Below, piece by piece: positions 20,507-37,142 of a stretch of DNA of 64,000 bases; position 1 is the stretch's first letter; each line of letters begins with the position of its first letter. The notes beneath the pieces are model-generated. The model did not search any database. It was not told the origin of the DNA and saw nothing but the letters and a program-made list of their open reading frames with translations. Position numbers and translations under genes: made by a program. Source of the stretch: the human T2T-CHM13v2.0 reference genome, Homo sapiens. The stretch lies in NCBI RefSeq assembly GCF_009914755.1, contig NC_060944.1; one strand, given 5' to 3'.

Positions 20507-20566
20507 GGTCTTGTTTATAATCCAATCCTGTCTTCTGGTCTTGTTTATAATCCAATCCTGTCTTCT
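20507..20566. repeat. Perfect 2x30-bp tandem duplication
   Basis: GGTCTTGTTTATAATCCAATCCTGTCTTCT twice. Confidence 0.95.
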
Positions 20567-21263
20567 GAGATGGAGTCAACATGATATAGGGCAGAGTTTT
20601 CCAACATGTGTTCTGAGAAACATTAATCTTTCAGGATGCTCTGTGAAAAATGGATACAACAGATCAAATCATTTTTGGAAATTCTTGAATGCATGTTCCC
20701 CTCAGAGAGTTGCAGTGCACAGTAGCAGGGTGAGGGCTCTGACAAGTCCAAATTTAGGAAACCTGTTTAATGTATTATCTAGACTTTTTTCTTATCATTA
20801 ACATCCTGCAACCCAGACTAGGTTGTAGACCAAGGAGCCAGGTGGCCTGGGTTTGAACCCCAGCATTGCCACTTCCAAGCAGGGTGACCTTGGGCTAATT
20901 TACTGCCTGGGCCTCAGTGTCTTCATCTATAAAATGGGGCTAATCATAGGACTTACTCATGGGGTTGTGGTGAGGTTTACTGAAGTAATGTTTGTAAAGC
21001 AATTAACAGTGTGCCTGGCATGCAGCGTCAGTTTTCTTTCTTTCTTTCTTTCTACCTTCCTTCCTACTGCTAGCTCACGAGTCTCTTAACTTGGGCCTCA
21101 GTTTGCTAATCTGTCAAATGGGAATAATGTTCCAGCCTTCCTGATTGGATTGTCCTGAGATTATACATAGGAGAAACTTTGAAAAACTGCCCAGAGGATG
21201 GTGCATCTGGACCACCCAGTGGGGTGTTAGGGCCTCGCTGATCTCTCTCCCATCTCCTCTCAG

Positions 21264-21339
21264 GTAGCCCCTGGAATTTTGCCTTCACAGTCAAGTTCTA
21301 CCCGCCTGATCCTGCCCAGCTGACAGAAGACATCACAAG
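21264..21339 (+). CDS. EPB41L1: Coding exon 5, (S)[24 protein letters not shown](R)
   Basis: CTCAG| acceptor, AAG|GTGAGG donor, 76 nt; [12 protein letters not shown] signature; phase matches neighbours. Confidence 0.95.
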
Positions 21340-22914
21340 GTGAGGGCTGTGGAGGGAGAGACAGGTGTGCTGGCTGTGTGGGACTATGGATGAGGGACCC
21401 TGGCCCTGGGGACACAGGCAGTATGTGACAGCAGCTGCAAATGCAGTCGCCTACCGAGGTCAGGCAGACAGCATCGTACACAGGAAGCCGACTCATTGTA
21501 AGAAACACAGTGATGCAAGCACAGTGGTCAGTGGCAGCTGACCCTTGATGTCAGAGGAGGAGGTATCACAGGGAACTGTGGGGCCTTTTGTAGATTTAAG
21601 AGGACAGAAGCCACCTAAAACAGTTGCTGTTCCCCTCCGGGCCATCACTGTCATGTAGGAATTGGGCCTGATTGTTGAAATGAACCTAGAGATTAAAGAA
21701 TAAAAACCACAGTTCTAAATGTTGGCAACAAATGCAAACTTTAAAAAAACATAGCATGGGCCATCTCTGGGTGGGACATACCAAACCCATGTAAAAGCTG
21801 CTGTGCTGGGTGAGCCACCAGTTTGCAGCATTGGGAGTATGGAGAGGGTAGAATGGGATGCCTTTGAACGTAGAACTTTGGTCTGCATGCCACTCTGTGC
21901 ACACATCAGGCACATGGAAGTCAAGTGGGGCTTAGGACTCCCCACAGAGAAAAGCCTGGGCTGTTGGGGCAAGCGTGGACTGTGTGTGCAGTCTCGTTGT
22001 GCCTCAGGGCCAGTAGATAACATGGCCTGAAGATTGGAAATGAGTGCAAAGCATCCTTCAGGATGAGAGCTTCCGTGGGGTTATCCCATTTCTGGAAACC
22101 AGAACGGGGGAAGCCCTTCTCTTAAGCCCTTTCCAAAGAGATAGTCTCACTTCATGATATCCTGGGGCTGTGTCATCCAGGTGATGGGCCTTATACTCCC
22201 AACATAAAATATGGGCTTGGAGTTCCCCTACAGCAGGGGAAGGGCTCCTAAGCCAGCCCCTCTCTCCCATTGGGTCCCTCCTTCATCTTCATGTTGATTG
22301 CGTGTTTGCCAGGCCATCGACCAAAGGTCAAGGTGCTGACTCTGGCCTTGGGAGATAAGACAGATGTTCCTGGAACAGATCAGGCCTGGGCTTTGGCGTC
22401 ATTAGTCCTAGTTCTGAGCCCTGAGGTCAGGTGCGGGCTAATGTGGCAGCAGCAAGATCTGAAACTCCATTCCCAAGTGGACTGTGTAGGTTAGGCCAGC
22501 ACAGCCTCAATCCCCCTGGTCTTCCCTACTGATACCTCTCCTGTTTGTGCCAGACACTGGGCACTGTGCTTCCAGGGACACCAGGAAGGAAGTTAGGCCT
22601 GCCTAGCACAGATGGCCCCAGGAGATGGGTGCTATAGCAGCTGATTTCGCCAAAAATAGTTAGGCCCGAAATAAACTGGTCAAAATGACAAATTGATTGA
22701 AATGAAAGATTGGTCAGAATATTTGGCAGTGATTTCTGAATTTTGAGACTTTTGAACAGAATGCCCATAAGCCTGTACTCGGTGCCTGTGATGTTTGAGC
22801 TGCTACTGATTCTGAGTCTATGCCTTGGCCCTGGGCGCACACTGAGGCTGCACATACTTTTTGCCAGGACTTCAGTTCTGACTGTGAAATAATGTCACCA
22901 AGTAGTAAGAATTA

Positions 22915-23328
<414 letters not shown>

Positions 23329-23980
23329 TTAATACATAGTAACCAAAAAAGCAATAAAAATGGTTTTAAATGGTTCTAAAATTGTAAAATCGTCCAACTG
23401 TGCATAAAAGTTATAAAAAATCATGGCCTGGTAGTTGGAAATGTTTCTTTAAACCAATTTGTTTTCAGACAATTTACTTAGAGCTGGAGGCAAAATAAGA
23501 AAGTTTTGGGAAAGCATTGGCAAGCAGGTTCATCTGGGACATGGAATACAATGTGGAAGTTAAAATGAATGGGGTAGAGTCACATGTGCTGACATGGGAG
23601 GGCTCTAAGGCCTGGGTATGAAAAAGTGAGCTGTTAGAATCAGAGACAGCATTTGATGCCATTTACAGGTAAGAAACACCCATAAATCAAAACCACATAC
23701 ATTTCTGGTCATCAAGAGGAAATTTAGAGTCACCTCTAAAGTGTGAATTTTTCCACAACATGAATACAGTATATTACTTGTATAATTAAAACTATACGAC
23801 ATTTTGTAATGGACAAACCAGCAAAGTAGTCCTATTTAGCTTGAAATTGAGTTAGAAATTGAAAATGCTGTCATAATAGAAAACAAATCCCTCAAATTTA
23901 GAAATGCACAAAAATGCTTAAAGTCATGTGAAATGTTGCAAAACCATCTCATGAGACATACCCAGATTGTCAATATATGA

Positions 23981-24328
<348 letters not shown>

Positions 24329-25038
24329 TAAGAGGGTGCCAGCCAGGGCCTTCTGTGGCTCCTTGGCCAGTGGGAGCCTTCCTTGCAGGCCTGAATGTCC
24401 TAGGCCGCCACATACTGTGCTGTTTGTACCCCGCCTGGCTCTGCCCCTAGCTTGAGGTATATCTAAGAGCAAATCATCTCTGTAAATAGGAACGATAGTG
24501 ACTGGCTGTGTGGCCTTGATGACCTTTTGGGACCCAAGTTTCTTAAGCTCCTCTATAGGTGTGATAATTCCCTGTCCTTGGCCTCTGAGAATAAGTTTAT
24601 CTGCCAACTGGAGAAAATAATCGCTACTGTGTCTCTGAGTAAGTGTCCTCATGTCTAGATCTTGGTGTAGAGTTCAAAAGTTTGGACCCGAAAGCCAGCC
24701 TGCTAGGGTTCCTATACTGGCTCTGCCACTTTCTAACTAGAGGATCTCAGGAAGGTCATTTCACTTCCTATGCTTTGGTTTCCTCATCTGTTCAAGGTGG
24801 ATGCTGTTAAACCCACCCTGTAGGATTGTTGGGAAGCCTAAATAGCACATATTAAAGGCACACTGCATGTTGGCTGTTAGTGTTGCTGTCTGTGGATCGA
24901 GGGGTTGAACAGTTGATCATGCAGGGGAAAGTACCTCGTTCCAGCAGTTGGACGATAATTAACTAGTGTGATTGTAGGCTGGTTATTTAACCTATCTAAG
25001 CCCCATTTTTCACCTGTATATGCACAAAGTTAGATTAT

Positions 25039-25160
25039 CAGTGTCTCTCAACTATTGGCATTTGGGGCAGGAGAATTCATTGTGCAGAATGTTCAGCATC
25101 CCTGGGACCCAGTAAATGCCCATAACACCTTCTCAGTCCTTGTAACAACCCAGATACTCC
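25039..25160. mobile_element. MER20-like hAT DNA transposon fragment
   Basis: CAGTG..TCTCAAC...ATTTGGGGC.GGA.AATTC...TGCAGAATGTTCAGCATCCCTGG resemblance. Confidence 0.55.
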
Positions 25161-26620
25161 CCTTTGCCATTGCTTCTGTACAGGTTCCCCTGGAGAGGAG
25201 CCCTTGGAACTAAATGATTTGTAGGGTCCTTTTAAGCTGGAAGTATTTGGGGCTGTAAGTCCAGGATTGTTATGGGGACTCAATATAATTAATAATGTGA
25301 AGGTGCATTATAAACTGTAAAGTGCGGCACCCAGGGAAAGGAGTATGGTGATATTGTCTCATTACTATTGAGGATGGAGGGAATTAGGAGGCCTTGGTTC
25401 TGTGGGCGTTATCTGGAGAGGAGGGCTAGAGTCAGATGTGGAGGGATCGTGTACGTGGGGAAGAGCCTGCTGGGGTGTGATGAATGCTAGGTCAAGGGTG
25501 GCAAATGCTGTCTCTGAGAGTCGCACACTAACTCCACTTGGTTAATAGCGACTGCTGTGGTGTTGTGTTGAGTAGGACACTGATTCCCTACAATGCCCAG
25601 GTTAGCAATATCCACCTGGGCATAGGAATAGGGAGTAGTGGCCTGCCTGCCATCTATTTGTCATCCCTGTCCTAGATAGCAAGACATCTTAGGATTTGCA
25701 AGAGTCATAATAATTCAGAGAAAGATGTTCAGATCAATATGGGCTGGAGAAATACTAAGGGCTGTCCCTAAAGCTCTTTGGACCTAAAGCACACTGACAT
25801 CTCGTGTCCAAGTATCCCACACAGCAGCCCAGAGGTAGACAGGTCACAGGAAACTGAGGCCTGGAGGATACACAAGACCTGTAATGAAGTGATTAGGAGC
25901 ATAAACTCTGAAGTCACATTGTCTAGATTCAAATTCTGACTCTTCTTCATAGCAGTGTGACCTTGGACAAGTTACTCAATGTCTCTGTGCCGGTTTTTTC
26001 ATCTGTAAAATGACAATAATAATAATACCTATCTTACAGAGTTGTTATGAGGATTCAGTGAGTTAATATGTGTAAAGTGCTTAGAACAGTAACCAGCACA
26101 TAGTACTCAATAAATGTTTGCTGTGACTAAGTATAAAATGTAGTCCAAGTTTCCTGGCAGCCAAAGCAAAGAAGGAACTTGATTAATTACATAACTCTTC
26201 TTTTTGGAAAGGAGAATGTGCACCTGTTCCTTAGGAGAGATTAAGTGGCTTCTGATACTAAATTCTGCAAGAAATATCCTGTGTGGGTAATAATTTAGGA
26301 GCCCCTGGGTGATGATAATGAACAATGTCCGTAACAATGGTTTTACAGTCATGGAAAAGTAGAATTTATAGCTCACAGTCAACTCAGTGGCAGAATGAGG
26401 CAAAAATCCTGACTCCCAGCTCAGCCTTTGTATGATCCCTGGACTAACAAGACTGGACTTGAGCTTTGGCAGAAGTTGGGGGTTGGGTGGGCTGAAGTGG
26501 GAGTTGGGGTACACCCTCCTGCTCTGAGGGCAGAGGGAAAAGATTAGGGTGAGGCTCAGCATATTTGACTTTCTAGAATCATGGGTTCTGATGGTGGGCA
26601 CCTTTGGACAGCAGGACTAA

Positions 26621-26902
<282 letters not shown>

Positions 26903-27233
26903 TAACCTTTTATTTTCTCATGATCTGTATTATTTTCTCCATGTATTTTATTTATGAACCTGTTTGAGCCACTGCTAGATTGGGAGCATTGTGAGGGAAA
27001 GACGTAGGCCTTAGTTTATTTCTATATCCCTAGCACCTGGCACATAGCCTGGCACCAAGTGTGTGCCACTAAATATTTGCTGGATGAATGAACGATTGAG
27101 TGATTGACAGAGCAAATGATCAAACAAGTGAGTGGGTGAAAAAAATACCTAAATGGATGAGTGAATGACTGAATGACTATGGGAGGGATTGGTCAGTGGG
27201 ACTCCAGCATGGAGGCTCTAACCCTGTTCCTGA

Positions 27234-27533
<300 letters not shown>

Positions 27534-27572
27534 TAGAATGGAGTGGACCCTGGCAGCTGGGCCTGGACTGCC

Positions 27573-27574
<2 letters not shown>

Positions 27575-27658
<84 letters not shown>
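27575..27658. repeat. Compound microsatellite (CA)29(GA)13
   Basis: Directly visible. Confidence 0.97.
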
Positions 27659-27662
<4 letters not shown>

Positions 27663-27687
27663 TCTAAATAAAAGTATAACCACATAT

Positions 27688-27905
27688 GGCCAGGTGCAGT
27701 GGCTCATGCCTGTAATTCCAGCACTTTAGAAGGCCGAGGAAGGTGGATCACATGAGGTCAGGAGTGTGAGACCAGCCTGGCCAACATGGTGAAACCCCGT
27801 CTCTACTAAAAATACAAAATTAGCTGGCACTGCACTCCAGCCTGGGCAACAGAGCAAGACTCTGTCTCAAAAAAAAAAAAAAGGGAGAAAAAAAAAAGAA
27901 GAAAT
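27688..27905 (+). mobile_element. Alu with most of the right arm deleted
   Basis: Left arm joins directly at TAGCTGG|CACTGCACTCCAG. Confidence 0.88.
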
Positions 27906-28069
27906 ATAACTACATACATTCAGGTCACACAGATAAATGAATACATGTCTGTGTAAAGTTCATGTATTTAGGTGTTGTAAGTATGGAAGTTTGTACACAT
28001 TTTAAGATACACAGACTCGACTATACATACAACACACACAAATGCAAACATGTATATGTCTACACCTCT

Positions 28070-28865
28070 TTTCCTTCAATTACCTACATCTCACCCATCA
28101 AAAAGCCCATTTGGTTGTACCTGTAGAATAAACATGAACCCATTTGCTTCTCTTCCTCTCCATCACACCCGCCTCCAGCATCCCCCATCTTTTGCCTGTG
28201 CCTATGAGGGCCTTCTCCCTCGCCTCTGGTGCTCTCCAGGTCATTTTCCTCATAGCTGCTGGAGAGATCTTAAAAAGTCCCTTAAATCAGATCATGGCAA
28301 GCCCACTCCCCCTTCCCATCCACACCCTTGCTTACACCTTTCAGGAACTCTCTTTAGCTCTTGAGCTAAACTTCAAACTCCTTCCATGGCCACCTACCTC
28401 TCCCACCTATCCCTTGCCACACTGCCCCATGCCCAAGGTGCTTTAGCCTCTTCGGCCTTGAGATCTTTGAATAAGTCGAGCTCTTTCCTGCCTGAGTGCT
28501 TCGCATTTGATGTTTCCTTTACCTGAAAGTATCTCCCCCTCTCGCTTCTCACATAGCTGGTTCCTTCCCATTCTTCAAATGTCAGCTCAAGATCACCTAG
28601 ATCTAGGTCTAGAGGGGATCCCCTGCTCTTCCTTAGATGACAGGAGCCCCTATGCCTTCCCAGTTCTGCTGCACCACACATCTCCCTTCATTCCCCTTGT
28701 AGCCCTGATCAGTGTCTGCAATTATCTTGTTTGCTTATTTGTTATTGGAGGTCCCCTTCCCCTACTAGAATCTTCTGCCTTGGTCTCCATGTATCTCTAG
28801 TGTTTAGCACTGGACCCGTCACAGAGTAAGGGCTCAATCACCCTTATTGATTCAGTGAATGAACA
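28070..28865. mobile_element. L2 relic (further L2-like stretches at ~54900-56150 and ~59000-59400)
   Basis: TTAAATCAGATCATG..., CAAACTCCTT.CCATGGCC..., TGAATGAA tail typical of the L2 3' region. Confidence 0.6.
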
Positions 28866-28905
28866 GGCCAAAGTCGCAGATGCCTGAGAAGAGTTCAGAA
28901 AGAAT

Positions 28906-29200
<295 letters not shown>

Positions 29201-29245
29201 AAAGAATGGGCTAGTGGCGAGAGTGAGCTCAGGCCCTGCCTCTAA

Positions 29246-29365
<120 letters not shown>

Positions 29366-29552
29366 TGAGCCTGACCTTGGATGGGGTAATGGGGATGGGG
29401 CAGAGGCCATGTGTATGGAGGGGAGCAGGGGGAGGAGTTAGTGAGAACTCTAGGAAAGTCCTCCACCCTTTCCCCAAGTCCCTCCCTTCCTGGACCACTT
29501 TGAATTGTTGTAGTTGGTGGAGTAGTGGGATGAAAGGCCAGCTGTGGTCTAA

Positions 29553-29867
<315 letters not shown>

Positions 29868-30113
29868 TGAGCAGGAAAATGGTAGATGCATCCCAAGTTC
29901 ATCTGCACCAGGCTGGCCCCTCAAGACCAGTGCTGTCCCTGGGCAGCTCTTGGTGGCTTAGTCCCAACCTAGAGCTCACTCCCACTTGAGATGTGATACT
30001 ACCACTCTCTGGATTCCCCACAACTTCCCTGAGTCGTGGTCTTTTGGGGTCCCAGGTTTAGCCATATGGTTTGGGCCACCTACCCAAGAAGCTTAGCAAT
30101 CCACCAGTCTAAC

Positions 30114-30194
30114 CTGTGGTCTAACCTTGGGCCTGGCAGTGCAGGTCTGATTCACCCTCCTCCCCTGCATCCCTCTGCTGCAGGCTGGTGTCCC
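30114..30194 (+). repeat. 81-bp direct copy of the coding exon 10 acceptor region (29542-29622)
   Basis: 79/81 identity by eye; 572-bp offset. Confidence 0.95.
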
Positions 30195-30869
30195 TTACAC
30201 TGGTCATCATCATACTAGGAGAATAGTGTCTTATGACTGCAGTGTGGAGCTGATGATGCCTTATCTGCTGGGAGGCCAGGGCATCGTTCTTGGTCATTCT
30301 TTTGGTTCTACTAGGTTCTGGGCTGATTGACAATCTAACCACATGGCACTCTCCACTGTCCCCATTTCTATTGGATTGATGGGTGCCCTTAACATCAATG
30401 AAAACTGGCCCTATATAGTCCTGTAGCAAGCAGATAGGGCTTAAAATGTGGTGCACAAACCACGTTTCATCAGAGTCGCCTGTGAGATTGTTAAGCAAGC
30501 ACGAAAATTCCCAGGTTTTGCCCCAGACCTACTAAATCAGCACCCTTCAGGGCCCAAGTCTCTCCCCAGGATGTACACACTAGAGTTTGTAGGTGATGTT
30601 CGGAAGTCACATGGGTCACTGGGGAGATTCAGAATTATGCAGATCTGAGTTCAAATCTCGGCTTGACAGTCACCGTGGGCTGTTCTCTGGACACTGGAAG
30701 TGGTTCATAAATATCTGAATGAATGGATGGGTGACCTTAAGCAACTTATTTAACTCCCTGAGCCTATTTCCTCTTCTACAAAATACATAGTACCTACTTT
30801 GCTGTGTTCTAGGGAAAACTAAATGAGATCATGCCTAGAAAATATTCTGTGGCACATAGTAGCACCTTA

Positions 30870-31617
<748 letters not shown>

Positions 31618-32993
31618 TTAGTTCTACTTATATTTTCTGAGTGTTATATGTGTGCCAGGCCTTGTGTTGGGTCCTGGGTATAGTATTTAGAGTGAATAGG
31701 TTTGGTCCTTTCCTTTGAGGAGCTCATAGAATAGCAGGTTTGTAAGCATTTGTTGTGGTTCAAGCAATGGGAAAAGCATGTGTAGAATGTAGAGTAGCCA
31801 TGAGGAGGGAGGAATTAAGTCTAGAAGGGACAGAAATGGCTCTGCAGAAAGGGTGCCAACTGGGCAGGGTTTGGAAGGATACCTAGGAGTTTGCCAGGTG
31901 ATTAAGAAAGTCTGATACTTTGTCTGGTATATGAAAATGAGACCTGTCTCAGGACTCCTGTGCATGTTTGAAAGATGTGTAGTTCTGCTAGGGTTCATCT
32001 GAGGCTGAAGAAGCTCCTTCTTCTCCTTGGGTAGACAGAGGACTGACAACTGGGGTTTATGCAAAGGGAAAGGTCCCTCCCCTGTAGCTTCCATTACTAT
32101 GTCAGGAGCCAAATGAAGCCCAGATTCTGGCAGGCAGCAGAGGTTAGCCCAGAGCTGGTGAAGCTCATCGGAGAGGAGCAGAAGCATGGACTCTAAGCTA
32201 GGAGGCCTTGGTCCCTGTCCCAACTCACCAAAAGGTCACCAGTGGGATATTTCCCCTCTTGATGTCTCCAGTCATCCTCTGTAAAATGGGGATAAGTCAG
32301 TCCCATTCCAGCCATCAACATAGGGTATTGTGTAAATCAAACGAAATATATGCATAAATGCGTACTTTGCAAAGTGAGTGTATATGAATAGAAAGGATAA
32401 TTATCCTCTTTTAAAAATCTAGGCCAACCCCAAGGATAATCTGAGCTCTGGTTATTTTAAACCCGTGTTTTTCAGCCTATTTTCTACCAAGACACAATCC
32501 ACGGGCATAGTCGGATTATGCCCAATGCGTGATGCGAAGTCTAGTTCCACCCCTTCCTTTCCTATTCAGAAAAGCATTTTGGAATACCAGTGAGTGAGAA
32601 AGGTGTTATTGCAGGCATCTCCCTGAATTCTCCCTAATTTATAAAGAAGGTAAATCAGTTGCAAATTTTAGGACTTTAGCTTTCACTAGTAAAGCTAGTC
32701 TCACAATATTTGTGTGTTGCTAAATGATGATCAAGTGAGTATTCTACCACAACCACCACAACCAAAACAGCAACATTTATGGGCTGCCATTGATGGAAGC
32801 CTCACTCTGTGCCAGCCACTCTTCCATAAATATTTATATACATTAGCTTGTTCATTCCTCACCTCCGCTTTCTAAAGCAGGCACTGCTTCTAGATGAGGA
32901 AACCAAGACCCAGCAATATTATGTAACTTACCCAAGGTCACACAGTCAAGAACAGATGGATTTGAGATTTGAACCCAGGCTCTAGTGCTGTAG

Positions 32994-33611
<618 letters not shown>

Positions 33612-34318
33612 TAGAGGACTCAGGCCTCCTTTTGCACACTCTTAATTTGCCCCTCTGACTGGGATCTGGATCTGCACCACTCTCTTCCTCCTCAGAGCAT
33701 GACCAGGTGTCACCAACAGCTCTAGGAGTGTGAGGTTCAAGTGTGTCCCCTTCCTATTTCCCCATGCCCCACTCAGGTGCACACACACAGTCCCAGTATC
33801 TGTGTGTACACGCTCATGCAGGATTGCATGACCTCAGCCTCACACTCACTTAATAACAGATGTATGCACCCGTCACCCTTAGATCCATGCACACAGATGT
33901 GCAAACAACATGCACACACACAGGTGTGTGCACACACAGGCCAGGGAGAGCTTCCTCTTGGTATAGTTGTTCAGCAGGTTTCTTTCCGTCTACCTTGTGA
34001 GCACAGGGCCTTGAACATGCTCCCACTGACAGCGAGAGCAGGGAACTCCATTCTCACATCCCATCTGCCCAGTGTGGCTCTGCCCACTTGGCCTCTAGTT
34101 CCCTTCTCTGCCTTCCTGGGACAGCACCCTGCTTCACACCTGTACCTTCTTCTGACTACCTCACTGCCCTGCTGGTGGCCCACCCAGCTGCCCTGGCCTC
34201 CACTTGGTCGAGTGTGCGTGCTCTGGGCTCCTTGCTGGACCAAGCCCATCGTGGTATCTCTAATCCATCTGCTCTACTGACCCTGCTGCTTTCTTTCCCT
34301 CCTACCACATCCCACTAG

Positions 34319-34354
34319 CCGGAGCAGGAAACCACGCCGAGACACAAGCAGGAG
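34319..34354 (+). CDS. EPB41L1: Coding exon 12, 36-nt small exon PEQETTPRHKQE (likely alternative)
   Basis: Polypyrimidine tract + CTAG| acceptor, GAG|GTACTG donor, phase 0-0; peptide matches recalled 4.1N. Confidence 0.88.
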
Positions 34355-36848
34355 GTACTGCATGGGACCTGTCCCTCCCTACCCAGCCGTTCCCATCCCT
34401 AGCTCATTTGTCACCATCCCACAGTCCATCCCAGGCTCACTTCCCTGGCACCATCTCAGCTTCAACTTCATCTCTGCTCCCCAGCCATCCCCCTCTGCAG
34501 CCGTCCTTGCTCCCCACTCCGCCACCCGCTAAGCTTCTCTCTCCAGCTCCCTTCTTAGACTCTCCTGGCCAATCGGCCATCTCTCCCTCCTCCCTCAGCC
34601 CTCCCACCCTCTCCCCAGCTCACCCGGTCCTCCATACTTGCAGCTCACCTGCTGACCATCCCACCTGCACCACCAGCTCTTCCAGGCCATTCTGTGCTTT
34701 CATTTAGCACATCTCCCCTGACCCACCCCTTCCCTAGATTCATCTCCTGCCCGACAGCACTGTTTGGTCTCGCCTCCATCTCGTCTGTGTCCCCTGTGTC
34801 CTCACCCCTAGCTTCTTTTTGTATCTATTGGCAGTCAGATGTGGGAGTGGGGATTGGGGGTGGGGGAGGGAGGTGCCTCAGAGCACACCTGCATCTGCCC
34901 CAACTCCAGTCCTACACCTCCCCCAGGCAGGGTCGACTACTGCTCCGCTATGGCAAAAACCTCCTCCTTTTCTCCTCCTTTCCTCGTCTTCTTCCCATTT
35001 GTTGCTTCCCCCAAATTATTCCTTCCATGTTAACCACTTCTTCCCTCTCACACAGTCACCAACTCTTCATCTGAACTTTAACTGCAAGAGAAGTGGGTTT
35101 ATTCTTGGGCTGCCAAGGTAAAGGGCCAGAGACTGGGACATAAGAAGAGCCTTGCCTTGGAGTCCTGAGATCTGGGTTTCAACCCCACTTCTGCCACCAA
35201 CTCTTTGAAGGTCTTGGGAAATTCCCCTCAGGCCCCAGTCCCCTGTCTGAACAGCAAAGCATTCAGACTAGGTTTCTCCAATGCCCTTAACCTTTAGGGA
35301 TCCCAGGACCCCAGGATCCCACTGCTCCCTACAGCCTTCAGGGACATAACACACCCACGGAGGCAGTGGGGCAGGTTTGTGATGGAAGACGACAAGCCAC
35401 ATCTCAGGTTGGGACTCACTACCCATTGCAGCCCAAACCCTCTCCCTGTGCAAGCACCATCAGGTTTGACTTCTCAGACAGCCATGGTCCAGAGGGCAGC
35501 TCAGCTTGGGAAGGGATGCCCGAGGAACAGACAGATGTCTGGAGGGAAAGCAGGAGCCTCACTGGGATTGGTTTCCTTCCTGAGGTAGCTTAGGAGTCAG
35601 CCATAGTGGATCCTTGGGTACCAGAGATGAGCCCAGGGGAAGATTCTAGCTTTGTCCAAGGGTAAGCTTACCTTCCAGTGGTTCTTCCAGAATTACCTGA
35701 TCTGACTTTAATAAGCTGAGATTGTCCATTTCTTGTCCTGAATTGAGTTAACATGAATTTTTAAGCAGCCTTGCAGATAAGCGTCCTTGGGCTGCCAGCC
35801 ACCACTTTGCCCCAGAAGTAGCCAGATAAACAGCTTTTGGCAGGTCCCTGCCAGCTCCTGCACAAAGCTCGTCCTCCCTTGACCTAAGGAGATGACTCTG
35901 TCATGCTGCACTGGCTGGGAACACTACCCATATAGGTAGAATCCTACAACTCTGGCTATACCTGGCTCAATTCTTGTGCCCAGCTGTGGGACTTACTGCT
36001 CTTCTTCCTGGTCTCTAATTCTCCTAATCTTCCTGAACACTCCACAGCATTCTAGTTTCTCTATCTGGCTGTATCTCACCCTGTCTGCTATTGGTGAGTC
36101 AGTACCTGAAAGGTATCTGGAAGGTCCAGGGTGGTTGGGGAAGGTAGTGTCCCATCACAGAGGAGACTAGATGCAATTTTTTCCTGCCCCTGGTCCCTAG
36201 TGTGGGAGCTTGGCCATTCTTCTGGATGTCCCTGGCTTGAGGAGGATCTGTACTGTGGGCCTCCCCAGGGCCTGAGCAGTTGTGCATGTTGGGCTAGGAG
36301 GGGCCCAGACTGGACATCCTGTTAAGTACAGTGGCCCAAGTCTCAGCCAGAAAGTGGACACTGGGATCCAGGAGGGATCTAGGAGGCACCTGAATGAGTC
36401 AGAGCAGCCCAGTGAATAGGATTAGTGAGTTATTATAGCTCTCTGGCAGTTGCTGCCTGCTATGCCTTAGTTGTAACAGAGGGAAGTCACCTCTGTGACT
36501 AAGACCGGGCTTATAGCACCACAGGGAACTCACCCAGACCTGTGGGCTTTGGGTAGAGGTTGGCTGTTCAGAGGCTGTAGAGCCAGGCAAGGGAGAAGCG
36601 AAGGTGGCTTGACTAGACATCTCCTCTTTTTCATCTTCAGTGCTCTGTGCCTTGGGATGTGCACCTGTTGGGGTGGTTCTCCTTGCCCTGGTTTGTCTCT
36701 GGGGCTGCCATGAGAGTGACACAGGTCAGAGTGGGAATAACGTTGCTGGTGGAGGGTGGTGATGGTGACTGCTGCCATCATCCCTGCACCCTGCATCCCC
36801 GCTTGGAGCTGTTCCCCTAACACCACCACCCTCTCCATCTATCCCTAG

Positions 36849-37142
<294 letters not shown>

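Noticed and set aside
21261-21270. CAG|GTAGCC at the exon 5 start as a recursive splice site
   Set aside because: The regenerated donor would be weak, the intron is short, and the exon is an essential FERM exon
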